Position numbers and translations under genes: made by a program. 64,000 bases of DNA from an uncultured Pseudomonadota bacterium (lineage in GTDB: Bacteria; Babelota; Babeliae; Babelales; UBA12411): contig CAZBHK010000001.1 in assembly GCA_964491895.1 (NCBI GenBank), forward strand, positions 9,870-73,869, written 5' to 3'. This document shows positions 57,761 to 64,000 of this stretch, in pieces. Positions within the stretch are counted from its first letter, which is position 1; each line of letters opens with the position of its first letter. The notes under the pieces are model-generated. The model was not told the DNA's origin and did no database searches. It saw only the letters and a program-made list of their open reading frames with translations.

Positions 57761-58572
57761 TGAAGCGTTTTGCTTTAAATAAGCTTGTTGGTGATAATAT
57801 TCTTAATAAGCTTAAAAAAGATAGAGCTATCGTTAAATTTAAAATTTTATCTAAAGAAGAGCTTCTTATAGCCTTTAAAAATAAGCTTATTGAAGAAGCT
57901 CTAGAGGTATCAGAAGAAACTGATAAGAAAGAGCTTCTTATTGAGATAGTAGATGTCTTGGAAGTTCTAGATGGACTTTGTAAAATATTGGATCTTTCTC
58001 AAGAAGATATTCTTGTATCAAGAAATAAAAAAAATAGTGATGGTGGTGCTTTTACAAAAGGTATTTATATTAAATCTGTTGAAGCTCCAATTGGTTCTTA
58101 TGTTTCTAATAATTGTATAAAAAATCCAGAGAAATATCCTAGTTCTGAAAAAATAGAAAAAGGTGTATACAGTTTTGTTTTTAACAAGCTTGTAAGAGAT
58201 GACACCTTAGAATTTTTCAAGAAGGTTGGAGCTACTCCTACATATCAGATTTTATCTAAAGAAGAGTTTATTAGTGCGTTGAAGAATAAGCTTATCGAAG
58301 AAGCTAAGGAAGTAGTAGAAGAAAGTAGTAAGCAAAAACTTCTTATTGAGATAGTAGATGTCTTGGAAATTTTAGATGGACTTTGTAAAATATTGGATCT
58401 TTCTCAAGAAGAGGTAGCTGAAGCTAGAAGAATCAAGAATGAAGATAGGGGCCCATTTACTAATGGTGTCTATATAGAGTATGTTGATGCTCCTGAAGAT
58501 TCTTATGTTGCAGGATATTGTTCTAAAAATCCTACAAGATACCCAGAACTTAAAAAAAAGAGGGACAATTAA
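57760..58572 (+). CDS. tandem-duplicated MazG-like nucleoside-triphosphate pyrophosphohydrolase-fold protein
   Basis: 270 aa made of two ~135-aa repeats, each NKLV(G/R)D...ILSKEE...LKNKLIEEA.EV.EE...LLIEIVDVLE.LDGLCKILDLSQEE. This fits the all-alpha MazG/PRA-PH-like pattern (KLVRD..., EExxE, ADVLE). Confidence 0.6.
   Translation: MKRFALNKLVGDNILNKLKKDRAIVKFKILSKEELLIAFKNKLIEEALEVSEETDKKELLIEIVDVLEVLDGLCKILDLSQEDILVSRNKKNSDGGAFTKGIYIKSVEAPIGSYVSNNCIKNPEKYPSSEKIEKGVYSFVFNKLVRDDTLEFFKKVGATPTYQILSKEEFISALKNKLIEEAKEVVEESSKQKLLIEIVDVLEILDGLCKILDLSQEEVAEARRIKNEDRGPFTNGVYIEYVDAPEDSYVAGYCSKNPTRYPELKKKRDN
57934..58007 (+). repeat. 74-nt near-identical core shared by the two halves of the MazG-like gene (copy 1)
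   Basis: cttcttattgagatagtagatgtcttggaagttctagatggactttgtaaaatattggatctttctcaagaaga differs from copy 2 at 2 positions by eye. Confidence 0.85.
58339..58412 (+). repeat. 74-nt near-identical core (copy 2)
   Basis: cttcttattgagatagtagatgtcttggaaattttagatggactttgtaaaatattggatctttctcaagaaga. Confidence 0.85.
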
Positions 58573-58585
58573 GTCCCTCTAACTT

Positions 58586-60523
58586 TTATTGGCCTAATAT
58601 CTTATAGGCTTCATCGAGCATTTCTGATGAGAAGCCTTCTAATCTCAAAATATCAAGAGCTATATTTTGGCTAACTTTACCTTCTTCAAGTTTGTGTGGG
58701 TATGTAAGGGTTCCATCTGGATTCTTTACAACCTTAACTTGGTAGTTTTTATAGGTAGAGTTTTTTTCTAACTCGGTAAGCTTAGGATAGTGTGTAGCTA
58801 TTAAACAAATACTGTTGTTTAATTTAGAAAGATATTTGCTGATGCTATAAGCGGCAGCTTCACCTTCTTTTGGTGCTGTTCCACTAAACATTTCATCTAT
58901 CACGGAAAAACTGAAATTTTTATCACCAAGATTCTTTATAGATTCTATAAGTTCTTGTGTTCTCAATACCTCAGTTTTAAAAAGTGAGTTACCAGAGCTT
59001 AAATCATCAACAATGTTTAGATAGGTGTTGATTTTGGCAAACGGTGTTATTGTTGCACTCTTAGCTGGAGCAATGCCTAATGTTTGTGCTAGTAGAAGGT
59101 TTATTGTAATAGCCTTCAACACTGTTGATTTACCACCAGCATTAGGACCAGTTAGAATAATATTTTGTTTTTGTTTGCTACCTAGTTCAATACTGTTTGT
59201 TACTACAGTATTTTCTGATATGAATGGATGCCAAAATTCTTCAAGCTTGATATATGGTGAATATGCATCCATATAATTTACGAAAGAATAAGTAACATTT
59301 TTATTTTGATGTTTTTTATATAGTTTTGCTATAGACATGATGGCGTCAAGTTCACCAAATGCTTTTAGAGCATCAACCATTTGATTTTTTAAAGTTCTGG
59401 TTAATCTGGATGTATATAAAATTCTTCCAACATTAGAGAACATGGAAGCTTTACCTTTAAAAGTTTCTGTATTGAGTTTTTCTAAAAGAATAGCCAATTC
59501 TTCGGAACTTTTTTCTGGTTGGCTTAAGAAGTTATTCATTGATTTCAAAGAATAACCAAAACCAACTTGAAAGGCTTTGTTTGTTTGTAGAGATTTATAA
59601 GTTTGTTCAAGTCCATTAACAAAACTATTTATTAATATTAAGCGATTTTGTAAGTTCTTTTCTAAAGCAAGTTGTTCTCTTTCTGAATGTATCGCTACAG
59701 AAGTTATAAATGCGTAATATAATCCAATTATAGAAGACAGTGCGAGAGCAGCTGTTTTATTCTTATCCCAGAAGGCTTTGCTGAAAGTATAAACATAATG
59801 ATATCCATATCCAAGGCTTAAACTGTTTAGTAGCTGGTTCATTCTTCTAAATGCACCAAAGGCAGCTTCATTATTATTTAGCGGTTTGAAAATCTTAAAT
59901 GTTGTGGCATTTTCAATATAAAGTTCTGTAAACCAGTTTTCAGCTTTCCAGAAAGATAAGATTGTATTTTCGCTTTCTTTAAATTTTGATAAAGCACTAT
60001 TGAGCTCATTAAAGAGTTTTTCATTTTTGATTAGCTCCTGAATCATAGCTTGTTGTTGTTTAAGCGTAGTTATATCACTAGAAGGTTCAGTAAGTTTTTT
60101 ACAAAGAGCGATTTCACCAAAGACTGTCTCTGTATTATTAATTTTTGAGATAAGATGTGTTTTGTTATCCTGACCGCCAAAAAAGAGTTCTATATCTTTC
60201 CAAAGACTTTTATTGCTTATAGAGTTAGCATCAAAAGTTTTAACATTTTGTGATAGTATATCGATAGCTAATTTTCGTTTTTCTGTTGTGGTTATATTTT
60301 CTGCCTTAATTTCAATTTTAGGTAATAAACCTAAAAACTTTTCGGGTTGCTTTGAAGCATCCTGAACTGGCATAGGATCAAAAGACAATAAATACTGAGT
60401 TCCTATTTGTTTATAGATATTTGGTTTGGATACCTCAGCATTGATTATTCCGAGAGTTAGAATTAAGCCTAAAAGTTTGAAGATTTTCATAAAAATCCTT
60501 TGTATTAAAAATATGCGTATCAA
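58586..60523 (-). CDS. MutS-domain-V ATPase family protein with N-terminal signal/TM and internal TM segment
   Basis: The C-terminal ~200 aa are MutS_V-like: LTGPNAGGKSTVLKAI (Walker A), SLFKTEVLR, FSVIDEMFSGT (Walker B), ATHYPKL. The N-terminus is MKIFKLLGLILTLGIINA and an internal hydrophobic stretch is AALALSSIIGLYYAFITSVAI. No mismatch-binding domain was recognised. Confidence 0.7.
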   Translation of the reverse strand: MIRIFLIQRIFMKIFKLLGLILTLGIINAEVSKPNIYKQIGTQYLLSFDPMPVQDASKQPEKFLGLLPKIEIKAENITTTEKRKLAIDILSQNVKTFDANSISNKSLWKDIELFFGGQDNKTHLISKINNTETVFGEIALCKKLTEPSSDITTLKQQQAMIQELIKNEKLFNELNSALSKFKESENTILSFWKAENWFTELYIENATTFKIFKPLNNNEAAFGAFRRMNQLLNSLSLGYGYHYVYTFSKAFWDKNKTAALALSSIIGLYYAFITSVAIHSEREQLALEKNLQNRLILINSFVNGLEQTYKSLQTNKAFQVGFGYSLKSMNNFLSQPEKSSEELAILLEKLNTETFKGKASMFSNVGRILYTSRLTRTLKNQMVDALKAFGELDAIMSIAKLYKKHQNKNVTYSFVNYMDAYSPYIKLEEFWHPFISENTVVTNSIELGSKQKQNIILTGPNAGGKSTVLKAITINLLLAQTLGIAPAKSATITPFAKINTYLNIVDDLSSGNSLFKTEVLRTQELIESIKNLGDKNFSFSVIDEMFSGTAPKEGEAAAYSISKYLSKLNNSICLIATHYPKLTELEKNSTYKNYQVKVVKNPDGTLTYPHKLEEGKVSQNIALDILRLEGFSSEMLDEAYKILGQ

Positions 60524-60570
60524 CTAAGAAAAGCTAGCTCTATTAGGCCATTTTGTAAATATGAGGTGGT

Positions 60571-61806
60571 CTATTTGATCTCTTGGTCAACGATCACAGT
60601 AATACAAGAGTCGGACCAAACGTTCAGAGTGGTCTCAACCATGTCTATGATTGTGTATATAGGTAGGATGATACCTAGAATTTGTAGGTGTTGAGCAGGT
60701 ACTCCTATGCCAACCAGGAAGGCACTGGCGAGGAAATAGCATCCCATTGGGACTCCAGCATTGCCTATAGCGGCTAGTGTAGATATTAGTACCCAGCCAA
60801 GCATCTCTGCAAGCGAGAATGTTATACCACTTTTTATACCTACGAATAGTACAGTTATTAATATAAAGGCGGCACAGCCATTCATGTTGATAACAGCGCA
60901 TAGAGGTAGACTAAAGTTAGCGATTTTTGATTTGACCTTAAGGTTTGTTTTTGCACATTTCATGGTCATAGGTAGGGTAGCATTCGAGGATTTTGAAAAA
61001 AAGGCTATAACTAAAGCATTGAACATACCTTTTACAGTCTTTATTGGAGAGATACCCTTATATATGAGTAAGAGTGGTAAAATTATGAATCCCTGTATAA
61101 TGTTAGCTAATAGTACACAGGCAACATAAAGCAGTATGCTTTGTAGTTGATATGATTCATGGGCACTTACTATGTTATAGGAAAAGATTGTAATGAATGC
61201 CCAGATACCTATTGGCATAATATAGATAATTAACTTTGTTACATTAAGAATGGCTTCAAATAAGCTGGCAAAAAAGATCTGAAGAGTCCGTTTATTTTCT
61301 TCTGGTAGTGTAAGTATAGAAAAGCTTAGTATACCAGCTATAAAGACAACACTCATGACTTTGCTATTATCACTTAACGTTTGTATAACGTTATTAGGAA
61401 TAATTTCTAGGATAAAGTCTAGATAGTTTTTAGATCCAGTAAGTGGTGCATTTATTGCACTTAATTTTAAATGTGTTTGTGTAGGGTCTATAATAATAAA
61501 AAGGATCAGTGCTATTAAAGCAGCTACTATTGTTGTAAATAGGGTGTACTTTAGAAGTTTTTTTCCAATCTGTTTCATTTCTTCAAAGCTTGTCATGTTG
61601 GAGATCGTTGCAACAATGGAAAGGAAGATTATTGGGATGCTTATAAGTTGAAGTAGATCTATGAAAATTTTAGAAATAGAGTTGGCTATTTTTAATAAAA
61701 TATTTGCTAATAGAAGTCCGTGGGCTATATACCATCCGGTAGCTATACCTAAGATTGAAGTTATTATTATAAAATAAGTTTGAGAGAAAAAGCCCTTCTG
61801 TTCCAT
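60571..61806 (-). CDS. dicarboxylate/amino acid:cation symporter (DAACS family), second copy
   Basis: 411 aa. FFSKSSNATLPMTMKCAK, AIGNAGVPMG and IIDMVETTLNVWSDS are DAACS signatures. Confidence 0.85.
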   Translation of the reverse strand: MEQKGFFSQTYFIIITSILGIATGWYIAHGLLLANILLKIANSISKIFIDLLQLISIPIIFLSIVATISNMTSFEEMKQIGKKLLKYTLFTTIVAALIALILFIIIDPTQTHLKLSAINAPLTGSKNYLDFILEIIPNNVIQTLSDNSKVMSVVFIAGILSFSILTLPEENKRTLQIFFASLFEAILNVTKLIIYIMPIGIWAFITIFSYNIVSAHESYQLQSILLYVACVLLANIIQGFIILPLLLIYKGISPIKTVKGMFNALVIAFFSKSSNATLPMTMKCAKTNLKVKSKIANFSLPLCAVINMNGCAAFILITVLFVGIKSGITFSLAEMLGWVLISTLAAIGNAGVPMGCYFLASAFLVGIGVPAQHLQILGIILPIYTIIDMVETTLNVWSDSCITVIVDQEIK

Positions 61807-61863
61807 TGAATTCCTTATATAACGTTATAATACCTATATATTCTAATGGAACTTTAGTAAATT

Positions 61864-61895
61864 TTCCACCCAAAACTCTATGTATTTGGGTGGAA
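61864..61895 (-). terminator. 11-bp hairpin between the broken GNAT gene and the DAACS gene
   Basis: TTCCACCCAAA (61864-74) pairs with TTTGGGTGGAA (61885-95). The flanks are only moderately T-rich on either strand. Confidence 0.35.
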
Positions 61896-61907
61896 TTTAA
61901 GTTTTTA

Positions 61908-62519
61908 TTATGAGGCAATTACAGGTTTTTTATAATTATTAAGTAAAAGTTTTAAGGTAATAATGCTGGCGGTAATTATAATGGCAGCAGTTTTTGGATA
62001 TTGTTGTATGATATTGTCTTTAGGTAGATCTTTTGGGGAGATCTTTAATTGTAAGTTATATATTAATGGCATTGTACTCATTATTGGATTCATAAACATT
62101 TGAGGAAGAATCACGCATTTAAATCCTACTTTTTCATATAATTTCTGTGCTGTTGTATTGTTTTTTTAACCATAAGTGTAATGATTGGTGTTTTTAATTT
62201 TTCAAGTTCTAAGATAGTATGTTGTAAAAGTTGACTATCATAGCCTTTTTTTTGAAATTCCTTTGGTTTTGTTATTCACTCTTAATACATCGGTAATATA
62301 CTTTCTGGAATTGATATATTTAAACAAGATTGCAATGTTTTCTTGTTGGCCTAAGGATTCAGATATTAAATCATTTCTGTGATCATTTAAAATTTTTTGA
62401 ATGGCTATTTTATCCCGTTCTGGTTGATACCGCTCAATAGATACTGTAAAGGTTGCATTTATAGTATGAAATAATGAAATTAGAGATATAAGTATGAAAC
62501 GATTGACTATTTTGTTCAT
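61908..62519 (-). pseudogene. GNAT-family N-acetyltransferase interrupted by two frameshifts at homopolymers
   Basis: Three collinear pieces. Segment 1 runs 62519->62238. Segment 2, in another frame, encodes ..KKGYDSQLLQHTILELEKLKTPIITLMVKK. Segment 3 encodes NNTTAQKLYEKVGFKCV... and continues into ORF 61908..62114. The junctions sit at T8 (62246-53) and T7 (62161-67). Confidence 0.65.
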
Positions 62520-62581
62520 GAGAGAACTCCTAGATGACTATCCTAACATAATGACCATTTACGTTAAATGGCATACAAAAT

Positions 62582-62620
62582 TTGTTTTTGCCTTAGTCAA
62601 CCTAAAGTAGGCAAAAACAA
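62582..62620. other. orphan 11-bp-stem hairpin in a divergent intergenic region
   Basis: TTGTTTTTGCC (62582-92) pairs with GGCAAAAACAA (62610-20) around a 17-nt loop. No gene ends next to it. Confidence 0.5.
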
Positions 62621-62701
62621 GAGATATTCACTCTATTATTTATTGCTTTTTTATAAAAAAAATGCCATTTTAAATATATATTTTCAATAAAAATCAAAGG
62701 A

Positions 62702-63454
62702 ATTACTCTAAATACAATCTTAAGTATTAAAAATCTGGTTAAGATTTATAAAGAACGTAAGCAATTAGTTTATGCATTAAATGATGTTAGTCTTGATATC
62801 AATAGGGGTGAAACATTAGCCCTATTAGGTGTTAATGGTGCAGGTAAGACTACATTGTCATCTATTTTGGCAACACTACATCCAGCAACTTCTGGAGATA
62901 TTTTATTTAATGGTATATCTATATACAAAAATATTTCTAATTATAGGAAGCAGTTAAGTTTTTGTCCTCAAGAAGCTAACCTTGATACAGAATTAAATGT
63001 AGAAGATAACTTATTGTTTGCAGGTAGATTTTATCTTGTACCAGAGAAAGAACTTCGACTTAGAGTAGATCGTCTTATAGAAAGACTTCATTTAGAGAAA
63101 TATAGGTATTTTCATATAGAAGCATTATCTGGCGGAAATAGACAAAGAGTTTTAATCGCCAGAGCTTTGGTTAATAATCCTAGGGTGGTAATCTTGGATG
63201 AACCAACTGTTGGGTTAGATCCTGATATACGACGTCAGATTTGGGAGATTGTTAAAGATCTTAAAAAAGAAGGCATTAATGTTATTTTAACCACTCATTA
63301 TTTGGATGAAGCTGAAGTTTTAGCCGATAGAGTTTGTCTTATGGATGCTGGTAAGATTATTTTTATTGAAACTGTTGAGAATCTTAAGAAGGCACATAAG
63401 CAATCAACATTAGAAGAGATCTTTTTAGAGTTAACTAGGAAAAAAAGTGAGTAA
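62702..63454 (+). CDS. ABC transporter ATP-binding protein (ABC-2 exporter type); start codon unresolved
   Basis: The frame is open from 62657 and encodes ...ILSIKNLVKIYKERKQLVYALNDVSLDINRGETLALLGVNGAGKTT (Walker A) upstream of the listed Met at 62855. LSGGNRQRVLIARAL and VILDEPTVGLD follow. There is no in-frame ATG/GTG/TTG before Walker A. Confidence 0.8.
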   Translation: MTLNTILSIKNLVKIYKERKQLVYALNDVSLDINRGETLALLGVNGAGKTTLSSILATLHPATSGDILFNGISIYKNISNYRKQLSFCPQEANLDTELNVEDNLLFAGRFYLVPEKELRLRVDRLIERLHLEKYRYFHIEALSGGNRQRVLIARALVNNPRVVILDEPTVGLDPDIRRQIWEIVKDLKKEGINVILTTHYLDEAEVLADRVCLMDAGKIIFIETVENLKKAHKQSTLEEIFLELTRKKSE

Positions 63455-64000
63455 TAATGTACAGGTGTTCTTTGCGTTATTACGTCGAGATTTGAAAGTT
63501 CTATTTCGAATTTTACCAGAACAACTTATTAATCAACTTTTTTTTGTCGTTACTAGTTTTATAACTTTTGGTAAGTTATTGCCTGCTACTGGTCTGAATG
63601 GAGCGCTTATAGCACCTGTTATTATAAGTTCTTTAATTTGGATGTTGCCACAGTTAGCGGTTTTTAAAAGTTATGATACTAGATTTGATTTAGCATTTAC
63701 TAGAAAAATTGATTTTGAAGTTTTGTTGCCTCTTCCCTCTACATGGTTAGTGCTTAGGTATATACTTGATTATTTTTTAAGTATTTTATTTGCTGTTATT
63801 CCAACTGTGATATTTGCACGCATTTTACTTGGTGGAATTATAGATTTTTCACAAGTTGATCTTTTGGCTTTTATCTTAATTACGTTAATAAGCATTTTGT
63901 TTTTTTCAGTATTTTTAATATTTATTGTATTTACATTAACATTTGAGGGTTTTAATATTCATTTATGGCCCAGAATCTTGATACCAATTATGTTTTTTTC
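63447..64000 (+). CDS. ABC-2 type transporter permease (3' end outside window)
   Basis: The frame is open from GTG 63447 (8-nt overlap with the ATPase) to the window end: VSNNVQVFFALLRRDLKVLFRILPEQLINQLFF..., with several hydrophobic helices. It is not in the ORF track because no stop is reached. Confidence 0.7.
   Translation, partial: MSNNVQVFFALLRRDLKVLFRILPEQLINQLFFVVTSFITFGKLLPATGLNGALIAPVIISSLIWMLPQLAVFKSYDTRFDLAFTRKIDFEVLLPLPSTWLVLRYILDYFLSILFAVIPTVIFARILLGGIIDFSQVDLLAFILITLISILFFSVFLIFIVFTLTFEGFNIHLWPRILIPIMFF

Noticed and set aside
61670-61918. ORF 61670..61918 (-) overlapping the 5' end of the DAACS gene and the hairpin region.
   Set aside because: It is out of frame with the well-supported transporter and spans the hairpin and intergenic sequence. 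The translation has no recognisable features.
1-64000. Scan for CRISPR arrays, rRNA genes and long dispersed repeats.
   Set aside because: No regularly spaced direct repeats were found. The only tandem repeats are the 27-bp x2 unit, the intragenic MazG-like duplication and the duplicated symporter genes. No rRNA-like GC-rich conserved blocks were seen.

Overview
This is an AT-rich, gene-dense bacterial chromosomal window using the standard genetic code, with many 4-20 nt start/stop overlaps. Most of it is housekeeping. Transcription and translation genes: rpoC 3' part, rpsO, pnp, rpsF-rpsR, typA, gltX, rpsU-rbfA, pheS, ffh-rpsP-KH-trmD-rplS, cca, rpmB, rpsT, and three tRNAs (Val-GAC, Phe-GAA, Ala-GGC). 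Gram-negative envelope and secretion genes: kdsD, galU, murC, dapF, tolQRAB, ftsH, lepB, sppA, ftsY, prepilin peptidase plus a pilin, and a candidate beta-barrel OMP. There is also a marked load of amino-acid importers: two tandem AGCS symporters, two DAACS symporters and one APC permease. That set fits a nutrient-scavenging, possibly host-dependent organism, but no taxon can be assigned from sequence alone.

Items that stand out:
1. A GC-enriched RNA element of about 210 nt (22.93-23.14 kb) runs from a candidate promoter to an intrinsic terminator. It contains three homologous modules and lies upstream of a DAACS/APC transporter pair. I could not match it to any riboswitch class I know.
2. 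An intact tnpB-only IS200/IS605-type element sits next to tRNA-Ala, with a GC-rich putative omega-RNA region. A solo left-end remnant of the same IS lies after tolB.
3. TrmD is fused to a second SPOUT-like domain.
4. There is a tandemly duplicated MazG-like protein and a signal-peptide-bearing MutS-domain-V ATPase.
5. Two secreted paralogs carry a GX2H...E...R...GX2H motif pattern.
6. The tandem symporter genes show a gene-conversion footprint.
7. A GNAT gene is broken at two homopolymers.

No rRNA genes or CRISPR arrays were seen. All calls come from reading the ORF translations and sequence by eye; no searches or folding programs were run. Coordinates of non-ORF features were hand-counted and may be off by a few bases.
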